A DNA stretch of 38,947 nt from a virus. Location: positions 1 to 38,947 of IMG/VR virus record IMGVR_UViG_3300017598_000261; one strand, written 5' to 3'. Under the pieces are notes generated by a model that saw only the letters and a list, made by a program, of their open reading frames with translations, ran no database searches and was not told the DNA's origin. The position numbers and the translations under genes are program-made. Position 1 is the stretch's first letter, and every line of letters starts with the position of its first letter. Of the stretch, positions 14,173 to 21,539 are shown one piece after another.

Positions 14173-14185
14173 ATTTAAGGAACGT

Positions 14186-14827
14186 ATGAATAACGGATGG
14201 ATAAAGCTTCATAGACAACTAAGAGGTCACGACATAATGACCGATCAAACAGCTCTTCAAATTTTTATTTGGATTTTAATTAGTGTAGATTATAAAACTG
14301 GCAAGATGATTAGTGGTAGGTTTTGGGCTTCAAAAGAGCTTCAAATTAAGCCACGAACTTTCCATAAAGCACTAACGGAGCGGTTACAGGACAGGTACAA
14401 ATTAGTGACACTGTCTAGTGACAACAAAAACACCACTATTTTAGTCAATAACTGGCATAAATTTCAACAAGCTAGTGACACCTCCAGTGACAGCTCAGTG
14501 ACAACAAAGGGACAACAAAGTGACACTAAACAAGAATATAAAGAAATAAAAGAAGTAAAGAATAGGTCTCTCACCGATAATTTAGATATCCCTAAAATAG
14601 AGAGAGTGGCAAAATCACAGAAAATATCCGTTAAGGAAGTTTTATATTACAAGGAAAACTACATTGGTTGGATTAAAGAAAAACCATCTGATAAAAAAAG
14701 ACAAGGTAGAAACATGAGTGCAACTGTGCAAAACTGGATACGTAGAGATATAAGAAATGGAGAACTTAAACAAATAAAATCATTCGTTGAATTAGCGGAA
14801 GAAGAAACAGGAGTTAAAATACTATGA
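14186..14827 (+). CDS. Replication initiator / replisome-organizer-like protein (N-terminal winged-helix type).
   Basis: The N-terminus WIKLHRQLRGHDIM...FIWILISVDYKTGKMISGRFWASKELQIKPRTFHKAL...NNWHKFQ resembles phage replication-organizer N-domains. Contains iterons and precedes the helicase. Confidence 0.55.
   Translation: MNNGWIKLHRQLRGHDIMTDQTALQIFIWILISVDYKTGKMISGRFWASKELQIKPRTFHKALTERLQDRYKLVTLSSDNKNTTILVNNWHKFQQASDTSSDSSVTTKGQQSDTKQEYKEIKEVKNRSLTDNLDIPKIERVAKSQKISVKEVLYYKENYIGWIKEKPSDKKRQGRNMSATVQNWIRRDIRNGELKQIKSFVELAEEETGVKIL
14404..14525 (+). repeat. Six direct AGTGACA iterons inside the initiator gene (candidate origin of replication).
   Basis: AGTGACA at 14404, 14417, 14474, 14486, 14497 and 14519. 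Local spacings are 11-13 nt and 22 nt. Confidence 0.6.
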
Positions 14828-15675
14828 CAAACATATCAACCAAGCTATATTCAAACAGACCTGATAGATATCTGACTAAATTTAATAAAAGAGAATCACT
14901 ACTTACAGGAATTGAAAAGATAGATGTAAACTTCAACTTTCCATATGGGTATTATGTAATACTTGGACAACCAGGTACAGGAAAATCATGGTTTGCTCTT
15001 TGGCTTACTAGGGTTTTCTACATGTACAACCAAGTTAATAGTGTTTACTTCTCACTAGAAATGCCAGAACAGGCTATTAGAGCTAGAATACTCCAACAGT
15101 GGAGTGACCTAAACAAACACCAATTTGAGGGAGGTGGCAACACTGAGGAATCACTCAAGATGCTTCGCAATGATGTAATTGTAGTAGATACATTCTTTGA
15201 AGATGACACCTCAAAACAAACACCTGAAAGATTTGAAATAATGATTGATGAATATTATAAATATGGATATAGAGTTTTTCACTTTGACCATCTACATGAA
15301 CTATCTGGAGCAAGTGATAACCAAAAGAATCAAGGAGTTACAGAAGTATGGGCTAAAGTATTCCAAAAGATATCTAAAAAATATTCAGATATTTGGCTAT
15401 TTATATTTGCTCAGCCAAATGGGGCTTCAATGAAGAAAAATATATTACAAAAAGATGATATCTTAGGGAGTAAGTCAATAACCCACAAATGTGATTATGT
15501 ATTATCACTGAACAGAAAACAAAATCTTGATGAGGATGGGATGGTCCTAATTGATCAAGAGGATAGAAACATAATTTTATATATAGCAAAAACCAGATAT
15601 ACAGAAAAAGCCAGTATAGGATTTAAACTACTCTTTGATTATACTGGAAACTTTAAGGAGATAAGACATGATTAA
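14824..15675 (+). CDS. DnaB-like replicative helicase / RecA-fold ATPase (C-terminal domain only).
   Basis: Walker A GQPGTGKS, the DnaB-family signature FSLEM, Walker B-like RVFHFDHLHEL. ATGA overlap with the initiator gene. Confidence 0.7.
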   Translation: MTNISTKLYSNRPDRYLTKFNKRESLLTGIEKIDVNFNFPYGYYVILGQPGTGKSWFALWLTRVFYMYNQVNSVYFSLEMPEQAIRARILQQWSDLNKHQFEGGGNTEESLKMLRNDVIVVDTFFEDDTSKQTPERFEIMIDEYYKYGYRVFHFDHLHELSGASDNQKNQGVTEVWAKVFQKISKKYSDIWLFIFAQPNGASMKKNILQKDDILGSKSITHKCDYVLSLNRKQNLDEDGMVLIDQEDRNIILYIAKTRYTEKASIGFKLLFDYTGNFKEIRHD

Positions 15676-15820
15676 AGACTATTTAAATGCATTAACAGAG
15701 TTAAAGAAAAAATTGATGAAAATATCAAGTAACTCGAACAACTCAAAACACATAAGGAATCTAGCTATGGAGGCTTTAGATGTCACAAAAAGATCAATCT
15801 ACAGTGAACTTAATAAATAA
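15668..15820 (+). CDS. Hypothetical 50-aa protein (not in track).
   Basis: AAGGAG lies 7 nt upstream of the ATG. Overlaps the next ORF by 41 nt in another frame, so only one of the two may be real. Confidence 0.3.
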   Translation: MIKDYLNALTELKKKLMKISSNSNNSKHIRNLAMEALDVTKRSIYSELNK

Positions 15821-16019
15821 CATTTACCAATCAACCTACAGATTGGGTTTACTTAGAAATCAATATAAAAAAACAGTGGGAACATTTGGAAACAAAGCAA
15901 TTGAATTAAGGGGAATACAAGAAAGTAACAAACTGAAAGGTTTAAGACATGAATACAAAAAACAATTGGCAGAAAGTGGGTCAAAAGACTCGCAAGCCAT
16001 CATTGAAGAATTATTTTAA
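15780..16019 (+). CDS. Hypothetical 79-aa protein.
   Basis: GGAGG lies 6 nt upstream of the ATG. Confidence 0.4.
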   Translation: MSQKDQSTVNLINNIYQSTYRLGLLRNQYKKTVGTFGNKAIELRGIQESNKLKGLRHEYKKQLAESGSKDSQAIIEELF

Positions 16020-16101
16020 AGCAGTTGACTTTGTTAAAAGATTTAAAGATAAGCACGAGCATGAAACAGTTGAAGAGTTTGAAAAGTGGTTATATCGCTA
16101 A
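15949..16101 (+). CDS. Hypothetical 50-aa protein (not in track).
   Basis: AAAGG upstream. Overlaps 15780-16019 by 71 nt in another frame. Uncertain. Confidence 0.25.
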   Translation: MNTKNNWQKVGQKTRKPSLKNYFKAVDFVKRFKDKHEHETVEEFEKWLYR

Positions 16102-16108
16102 CTAGTAG

Positions 16109-16137
16109 TTGACACCAGGGTAATATAGATATATGAT
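16109..16137 (+). promoter_or_regulatory. Early-class promoter copy 1 (TTGACA-N17-TATGAT) with conserved leader.
   Basis: TTGACA 16109-16114 and TATGAT 16132-16137. Seven nt later comes GTAAATAACAAGGAAGGTAACATG (ATG 16166). Confidence 0.7.
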
Positions 16138-16165
16138 ATAGAGAGTAAATAACAAGGAAGGTAAC

Positions 16166-16777
16166 ATGTCAAACAAGAAATTGTCATTACAAGAAAAATT
16201 ATATAATATTCAACAAGAGCTGAATGTTCCTAAGAATTTAAGGAATGAATTTAGTAATTATAATTACAGATCAGCAGAATCAATCTTAACCGCTGTGAAA
16301 CCCCTCTTAGATGGTGCAATCATAAACCTAAGCGATGAGATGGTAATGCTCGGTAATAGATTTTATGTTAAATCAATTGTATCAATAGAAAAAGGCGAAG
16401 AAGTTATACACTCCATTGGTTATGCTAGAGAATCAGAGATAAAAAAGGGGATGGACTCATCACAAATAACTGGTGCATCTTCTAGCTACGCTCGTAAATA
16501 TGCTTTAAACGGTCTATTTGCAATAGATGAGGGCAATGATGCAGATACTATGAATAATACCGAAAATAGAGCTACTAAAAAGCCACAAGCATATATTAAC
16601 AAGCCACGTCTAAGCACAGAAGAACAAAGAAAGAAGATAATGGATTTAATGAGAGATAAGAAGGTAACAATAGAAGCAGTTAGGGTAGAATTAAACATGA
16701 AAAAAGGTGATAAGATGACACTTGATCAAGCAGGAAAAGCTATTTATTGGTTAAAATCTCATGGAGAGGTACTATGA
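16166..16777 (+). CDS. erf: ERF-family single-strand annealing recombinase.
   Basis: NYNYRSAESILTAVKPLL... and QITGASSSYARKYALNGLFAIDEGNDAD match the Erf-family core pattern. Confidence 0.7.
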   Translation: MSNKKLSLQEKLYNIQQELNVPKNLRNEFSNYNYRSAESILTAVKPLLDGAIINLSDEMVMLGNRFYVKSIVSIEKGEEVIHSIGYARESEIKKGMDSSQITGASSSYARKYALNGLFAIDEGNDADTMNNTENRATKKPQAYINKPRLSTEEQRKKIMDLMRDKKVTIEAVRVELNMKKGDKMTLDQAGKAIYWLKSHGEVL

Positions 16778-17196
16778 CAGACAAAAAGATATGTGAATGT
16801 TGTGGACAAACAATATCACCGAGAAGGGAACGAATAAGTAAGGGAATAGTAAGATCATTATATAAAATGGCTATCTATGTAAAAGCTTTAAAACTAAATA
16901 AAGTACATCCCAGAAATGATTTAGAACTTACAAAGAGTGAATATAACAACTTTCAAAAGTTAAGATATCGTGGTTTAATTGCTAAGTATAAGTCTAATGG
17001 TGAAATATTACCTGGATATTGGCTCATAACTCATAAGGGCTATTCATTCTTAAACAATGAGTCACCGACGGCAAACTATGTATCTGTTTTAAATAATAGA
17101 ATAATTGGATATGGTGATGATATGTTAACATTTTCAGATATATCAAAAATAGACGCAAGTGAGTTCATGGAAATAAGCACAATAGAATATAATTAG
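16774..17196 (+). CDS. Hypothetical protein (N-terminal CxCC motif).
   Basis: ATG 16774 forms an ATGA overlap with the erf stop. The track's 16747 start is an upstream extension. Confidence 0.55.
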   Translation: MTDKKICECCGQTISPRRERISKGIVRSLYKMAIYVKALKLNKVHPRNDLELTKSEYNNFQKLRYRGLIAKYKSNGEILPGYWLITHKGYSFLNNESPTANYVSVLNNRIIGYGDDMLTFSDISKIDASEFMEISTIEYN

Positions 17197-17217
17197 TAAA
17201 ATAAATAAAGGAAACAC

Positions 17218-17484
17218 ATGCCAGAATATAAAGACACAATCGTATGTTGGTTAAATAAAAGTAAAAATGGAGATGGACTCTATTTGACAATCAACGACGT
17301 AGAAAAAGAAACTAAAACATTTGTAAACATGCATAAGTTTTGGACAGATGCAATTAGAGACGCTCAGGAAAAAGGGGTTAAATTCCCTAAAGTACCTATA
17401 TTTGCTAAAAGCGTTAAAATAGAGGGTAGTACAGATATTACAGACTCACAAGATAGTGACATATCAAATGACGTCCCATTTTAA
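17218..17484 (+). CDS. Hypothetical protein.
   Basis: 88-aa ORF with an AAAGGAAAC SD. Confidence 0.55.
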   Translation: MPEYKDTIVCWLNKSKNGDGLYLTINDVEKETKTFVNMHKFWTDAIRDAQEKGVKFPKVPIFAKSVKIEGSTDITDSQDSDISNDVPF

Positions 17485-17485
17485 T

Positions 17486-17818
17486 ATGAGGGAATCAAAA
17501 CCACGCACCAACACTCAAAACTCTGCCCTACACCTATTTTTCTCACAACTAGCTGATGTTTTGAATGAGCAAGGCATGTATATATCAAAGACAATAAAAG
17601 TAGATGCTGAGTGGTCAGGTGAGAGAATCAAGGAACTTATATGGCGTGAGGTACAAATACAAGCCACAGGTAAGAAGTCCACAACACAACTTACAACAAA
17701 AGAGATAAATAAAATACTAGAATCAATACACCTAGCATTTGCTAATAAGGGTATAGAAATACCAATGTTTCCAAGTATAGAAGCTATGGCTATGGGGGAG
17801 AGGATGAATGATAATTGA
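17486..17818 (+). CDS. ninB: NinB/Orf-like recombination mediator.
   Basis: RTNTQNSALHLFFSQLADVL...WSGERIKELIW...KKSTTQLTTKEINKILESIHLAFANKGIEIP parallels the lambda NinB layout (DQN...W...STS...F..L). Start moved to ATG 17486, just after the previous stop. Confidence 0.5.
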   Translation: MRESKPRTNTQNSALHLFFSQLADVLNEQGMYISKTIKVDAEWSGERIKELIWREVQIQATGKKSTTQLTTKEINKILESIHLAFANKGIEIPMFPSIEAMAMGERMNDN

Positions 17819-18149
17819 AATACCAAACTACAAGCTCCCATCATGGAATAAAATATATTCTAGTGGTCACTGGAGAACACGCCATAAGATAGCCAAAGAA
17901 GTACATGAATTTATAAAAGCATCTACACCTAATAAAATGATAAAAGGTATAGTAGACATAACCATCCACCAACACTACAAACATAAGAGACGCCATGATA
18001 GTGACAATATCACTCATAAATTAGTTATCGATTCTCTATGCGGTCGAGTAATAAAAGATGATGACACAAGATATGTAAGGGATGTAACAACAAGAGCTAT
18101 CATAGGATGTGATGAGGACAAACTAATCATCACAATAACAAATGTATAG
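17808..18149 (+). CDS. rusA: RusA-family Holliday junction resolvase.
   Basis: LPSWNKIYSSGHWRTRHKIAKE... and DSDNITHKLVIDSLCGRVIKDDDTRYV match the RusA catalytic Asp cluster pattern. Confidence 0.75.
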   Translation: MIIEIPNYKLPSWNKIYSSGHWRTRHKIAKEVHEFIKASTPNKMIKGIVDITIHQHYKHKRRHDSDNITHKLVIDSLCGRVIKDDDTRYVRDVTTRAIIGCDEDKLIITITNV

Positions 18150-18450
18150 TAAAATACAACAAATAGGTAAGAAGAAACAAACACGAGCCTCTATAAACAA
18201 GTCAGTTAATAAAAAACTAAGACAACTCCAAATAGACAAAGATATCAGACACTGCGAGCTATGCTCAACACAAGCTATCTCAAATGCTCATAGATACCCA
18301 AGAAGATGGTATTACGGAAATGAAGAGCTACTGAGTGACTACACCCAAGTATTATTTATTTGCCTCCAAGATCATGCCCGTCTAGATGACCGTAGTCAAA
18401 CTACTGAAGAGGAAAAGGAAAAAATATTTGTAAGATTGAGAGGTAAGTGA
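18142..18450 (+). CDS. YbcO/DUF1364-like putative zinc nuclease.
   Basis: HCELCSTQAISNAHRYPRR...FICLQDHARLD resembles the C..C...AH.R / C...H..D pattern. The genomic neighbour is rusA, as in lambdoid nin regions. Confidence 0.4.
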   Translation: MYSKIQQIGKKKQTRASINKSVNKKLRQLQIDKDIRHCELCSTQAISNAHRYPRRWYYGNEELLSDYTQVLFICLQDHARLDDRSQTTEEEKEKIFVRLRGK

Positions 18451-18522
18451 TAGAATAAAGTATAGTCAGTTCGACTATTCCACGCTTCGGCGTTTAATAC
18501 CGATCTTGCTTATTTACGCAAT

Positions 18523-18552
18523 ACACTGAAGCCTCACCGCCTCAGTGTTTTT
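18523..18552 (+). terminator. Intrinsic terminator ending the recombination operon.
   Basis: ACACTGA 18523-18529 / TCAGTGT 18542-18548, followed by TTTTTG. Confidence 0.55.
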
Positions 18553-18559
18553 GTTTATT

Positions 18560-18595
18560 CTAGTGGTTGACACTAGGTACAATTAGACATATACT
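18560..18595 (+). promoter_or_regulatory. Early-class promoter copy 2 (TTGACA-N17-TATACT) with a perfect palindrome over the -35.
   Basis: CTAGTG 18560-18565 / CACTAG 18571-18576 flank and overlap TTGACA 18567-18572. TATACT 18590-18595. Leader GTAAATAACAAGAAAGGGCAACATG. Confidence 0.7.
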
Positions 18596-18624
18596 AAACT
18601 AAGTAAATAACAAGAAAGGGCAAC

Positions 18625-18831
18625 ATGTCACAAGATAGATACGGATGCGAAATGGAAGACTTCATGACAGAAGAATCTTACACAAAAGAAGAATGGGATA
18701 AAATAGTAGATGAAATACAAGAGGAAAACACTATGTTTGAGCAGGGTGGTGGAGAATATTACACTAACATACAATCCCCACACTCACTTTCAAGCGAGTT
18801 ATCATCAATAGCAATTAGTGAAACCACATAA
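18625..18831 (+). CDS. Highly acidic 68-aa early protein.
   Basis: About 17 Asp/Glu versus 3 Lys/Arg. First gene after early promoter copy 2. Confidence 0.6.
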   Translation: MSQDRYGCEMEDFMTEESYTKEEWDKIVDEIQEENTMFEQGGGEYYTNIQSPHSLSSELSSIAISETT

Positions 18832-18833
18832 TC

Positions 18834-18968
18834 ATGACAATAAAAAACTACGAAAACACATTAGATCTATATATGAGCCAATGGGACACAATGACCCCTA
18901 AAGCAAAGAAACAAGCTAGAGACTCACTACTAGAAATGGTAAAAGTATTACTAAAGGAGAAGAAATGA
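18834..18968 (+). CDS. Hypothetical 44-aa protein (not in track).
   Basis: MTIKNYENTLDLYMSQWDTMTPKAKKQARDSLLEMVKVLLKEKK*. ATGA overlap with the next gene. No clear SD. Confidence 0.35.
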   Translation: MTIKNYENTLDLYMSQWDTMTPKAKKQARDSLLEMVKVLLKEKK

Positions 18969-19180
18969 AAGGAATATACTCGCCACTAATAGTAGCCACC
19001 CTGTATTTAATCATATGTACAGCCGCTATAACTATATACATGGGCAAAGATGCACAGATAAGACAAACAGCCGTTATTGATAGGGCTAAGCAGGTGGAAG
19101 ACCTATCTACACTCTGTGGAGGGTCGCTGTTAGAATTTACAATAGAAGATAATAAGATAACTGCAACATGCGGGGAATAA
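18965..19180 (+). CDS. Small membrane protein (N-terminal TM).
   Basis: IYSPLIVATLYLIICTAAITIYM is a hydrophobic helix. Confidence 0.5.
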   Translation: MKGIYSPLIVATLYLIICTAAITIYMGKDAQIRQTAVIDRAKQVEDLSTLCGGSLLEFTIEDNKITATCGE

Positions 19181-19181
19181 T

Positions 19182-19367
19182 ATGAACTCACACAACAAAT
19201 CAATACTAAAAGAAAAACGCAACAAAGAAATCTACAAGAACTTTTTAGCAGGTAATGGATACTCTACCATTGCTAGAGAATATGGCATATCTAAACAAAG
19301 AATTATGTTTATTGTTAAGAGAGAAGAAAAGCATAATCTAGTGGTTGACGCTAAGCTAAAAGAGTAG
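19182..19367 (+). CDS. Small helix-turn-helix DNA-binding protein.
   Basis: GYSTIAREYGISKQRIMFIVKR is a typical HTH (sigma region 4 / resolvase-type). 61 aa. Last gene of the small early operon. Confidence 0.6.
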   Translation: MNSHNKSILKEKRNKEIYKNFLAGNGYSTIAREYGISKQRIMFIVKREEKHNLVVDAKLKE

Positions 19368-19373
19368 TACACT
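19345..19373 (+). promoter_or_regulatory. Early-class promoter copy 3 (TTGACG-N17-TACACT).
   Basis: TTGACG 19345-19350 and TACACT 19368-19373. Seven nt later comes GTAAATAACAAGAAAGGGTCACATG (ATG 19403). Overlaps the 3' end of the HTH gene. Confidence 0.6.
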
Positions 19374-19402
19374 GAGTATAGTAAATAACAAGAAAGGGTC
19401 AC

Positions 19403-19681
19403 ATGAAAGTCACAAAACAGGTCTACATAGAAACAGTATTGTTCATAGAACATAATCCATTACTCTCACAGCGAGAGTTGGGTAAAATTGCAGGATTATC
19501 ACCATCAACAGTAAGCTACATTAAAAAATCTAAGAGTTACCTTGATTATAAAAGAATATTAAATCGCAATAGAATGAAGCCTCAAGAAAATAGACATTGC
19601 ACAATCATACTAACTTGGAAAGATAAGGTTAAGATGATGTTTGCAAAGTCAATAACATTTAGTGTAGAGGATATGAGATGA
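19403..19681 (+). CDS. Helix-turn-helix transcriptional regulator.
   Basis: LSQRELGKIAGLSPSTVSYIKK is a canonical HTH. Confidence 0.6.
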   Translation: MKVTKQVYIETVLFIEHNPLLSQRELGKIAGLSPSTVSYIKKSKSYLDYKRILNRNRMKPQENRHCTIILTWKDKVKMMFAKSITFSVEDMR

Positions 19682-19800
19682 CACCACAAAATGAGAAGAA
19701 GCTAGTTGCTATAATTAGCTTCACTATAACAGCAATTATAACAATGTATTTATATATAGAGTATCAGAATGTGCGGGGATTGAGAGAATTATTATATTAA
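19678..19800 (+). CDS. Hypothetical 40-aa membrane peptide (not in track).
   Basis: ATGA overlap with the previous gene and GAGGA 6 nt upstream. KLVAIISFTITAIITMYLYI is hydrophobic. Confidence 0.4.
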   Translation: MTPQNEKKLVAIISFTITAIITMYLYIEYQNVRGLRELLY

Positions 19801-19808
19801 AGGAACAT

Positions 19809-20009
19809 ATGACAGAACAAAACAATACTAAAGAATGGATGGTATCAGATGGTAAGGTTTTATATACAATTAGTGAAGAGATGAATGAAAAGCTAATTAA
19901 ACACGGATCTGTTACTAAGTTGATTGAACATGAGATAGCACGTAGAGACAAACAATGGGTAATGGATGTGATGCTGAGACAAGAAACGAACTACGTAAAG
20001 AAATTTTAG
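19809..20009 (+). CDS. Hypothetical protein.
   Basis: 66-aa ORF with an AAAGGAAC SD. Confidence 0.5.
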   Translation: MTEQNNTKEWMVSDGKVLYTISEEMNEKLIKHGSVTKLIEHEIARRDKQWVMDVMLRQETNYVKKF

Positions 20010-20028
20010 ATAAGATGAGGGTAAAATT

Positions 20029-20685
20029 ATGAGAAGAAACAGATTAGAGTTAATAAATAAAAATTTTGGAAGATTGGTAGTAGTCTCTTTTTCACATGTA
20101 GACAGTGGTAAAAATAGTCATTGGGATTGTGTTTGCGATTGTGGTAAATTAACGACTGTGAGAGGTAGCCATTTGAAAAATGGAGCTACAAAGTCTTGTG
20201 GTTGTTTAAGATCTGAGGTGGTATCTAGCTATCAAAAAACACATGGAAAAAGCTTTACAAAAACATATATATCATGGTCTTCAATGAAAAGAAGATGCAA
20301 TAATAAAAATTCAATAGGATATAAAAACTGGGGTGGTCGTGGGATTAAATATTGCAAAGAATGGAATGTGTTTGAGAACTTCCATAAAGATATGGGAGAC
20401 AAGCCAGGTAAAAATTACTCGCTAGATAGAATAGATAACAACAAAGGATATTCAAAAGATAACTGTAGGTGGGCTACTAGAAAAGAACAAAACAGAAATA
20501 GAAGAGATAATATCTTACATAAATATAATGGGAAAAGTAGAACTTTAACAGAAATATCTGAATTAACTGGAATAAAAAGAGCTACTATCTGGTCTAGAAT
20601 AAACATTCTTGGTTGGACTTTGGAAGAAGCACTTAACACTTTAGTAAGAGGATTAAATAAAAACAAAATGGAGGTGGAGGGATGA
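20029..20685 (+). CDS. HNH/homing-endonuclease-like DNA-binding protein.
   Basis: GRLVVVSF...WDCVCDCGK...SCGC and YSLDRIDNNKGYSKDNCRWATRKEQNRN follow the pattern of free-standing phage HNH-type endonucleases. Confidence 0.55.
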   Translation: MRRNRLELINKNFGRLVVVSFSHVDSGKNSHWDCVCDCGKLTTVRGSHLKNGATKSCGCLRSEVVSSYQKTHGKSFTKTYISWSSMKRRCNNKNSIGYKNWGGRGIKYCKEWNVFENFHKDMGDKPGKNYSLDRIDNNKGYSKDNCRWATRKEQNRNRRDNILHKYNGKSRTLTEISELTGIKRATIWSRINILGWTLEEALNTLVRGLNKNKMEVEG

Positions 20686-20960
20686 AAGTTAAAAACTTTA
20701 AGGAAACAAAAAGCTTATGGGTAAAAATAGAAAACCACTGGTATCAAACACTGGACGTATTTTTTAGAATAAGCCCTAGTTTTGATAGAGAAGATTCAGA
20801 TATTGCCACAGAGAATGAGGTTGATGATGTTTCTACAACATATCGCACCAATGATGAAAAGTGTCATCATGAGCATTTAAGCTGTCCAGGTGATATAACA
20901 ACATTAAAATGTGCTTATTGTAGTAAGTCTATGTACCAAACACTAAAGAAAGATATATGA
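20682..20960 (+). CDS. Hypothetical protein (C-terminal Cys/His cluster).
   Basis: 92-aa ORF with ATGA overlaps on both sides. Contains CHHEHLSCPG...CAYC. Confidence 0.5.
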   Translation: MKVKNFKETKSLWVKIENHWYQTLDVFFRISPSFDREDSDIATENEVDDVSTTYRTNDEKCHHEHLSCPGDITTLKCAYCSKSMYQTLKKDI

Positions 20961-21244
20961 AAACACCAGAAAACGAACAAGGGTTAGCACTAGTAGAAAT
21001 AGCAATAGGTCTATTCATTCTAGGAGTAATCGCAATAGGGGTGGTATATATCATAGCAGATATAGGGGATTGGCTTAATCAAAATCATGAACAAGTAGAG
21101 GCAGTACTTGAGGTAACACGAGCTTATGAGGCACTCATTGCTACACCAGTACCAGAAACACCTACTCCGATGACTACACCAACACCAACAAATATAGAGT
21201 TACAAGCTACAATAACAAGTTTAGTAAACCAAATACAACCATAA
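20957..21244 (+). CDS. Type IV pilin-like (prepilin-type N-terminus) small protein.
   Basis: MKTPENEQG/LALVEIAIGLFILGVIAIGVVYI: short polar leader, Gly, then a hydrophobic helix with Glu at +5. Followed by a Thr/Pro-rich stretch TPVPETPTPMTTPTPT. Confidence 0.5.
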   Translation: MKTPENEQGLALVEIAIGLFILGVIAIGVVYIIADIGDWLNQNHEQVEAVLEVTRAYEALIATPVPETPTPMTTPTPTNIELQATITSLVNQIQP

Positions 21245-21283
21245 CCACACGAATTCGTGGGGTTTAGAAATAAGAAAGGATAT

Positions 21284-21427
21284 ATGGAAGTAGAAACAGA
21301 CAATGGAATCATGGAAGTACACTTAAAGGGTGAGCACTTAACACCCAATGATATAGAGATTTTAAAGCAGATGTGGTTACAAATATCAAATAATATTGAA
21401 TTAGATGAGAAAGAAAGGGACGCATGA
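21284..21427 (+). CDS. Hypothetical 47-aa protein (not in track).
   Basis: AAAGGA SD. MEVETDNGIMEVHLKGEHLTPNDIEILKQMWLQISNNIELDEKERDA*. Confidence 0.4.
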   Translation: MEVETDNGIMEVHLKGEHLTPNDIEILKQMWLQISNNIELDEKERDA

Positions 21428-21539
21428 GTATGAGAGGATACATAAGAAATATGTTGGAAGAAGTATAAGAAAATCTAGTACATCTAGATGATGAAAAACT
21501 TAAAAAAATAATTAAGATGTTTGAGTTAGAGTTAGAAAG

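Noticed and set aside
21245-21265. Palindrome CCACACGAATTCGTGGGG after ORF 20957-21244 as an intrinsic terminator.
   Set aside because: Only 4-5 contiguous base pairs around an AATT centre, and a poor T-run (GGTTTAG). It is too weak to call and may be coincidental (it contains an EcoRI-type palindrome).
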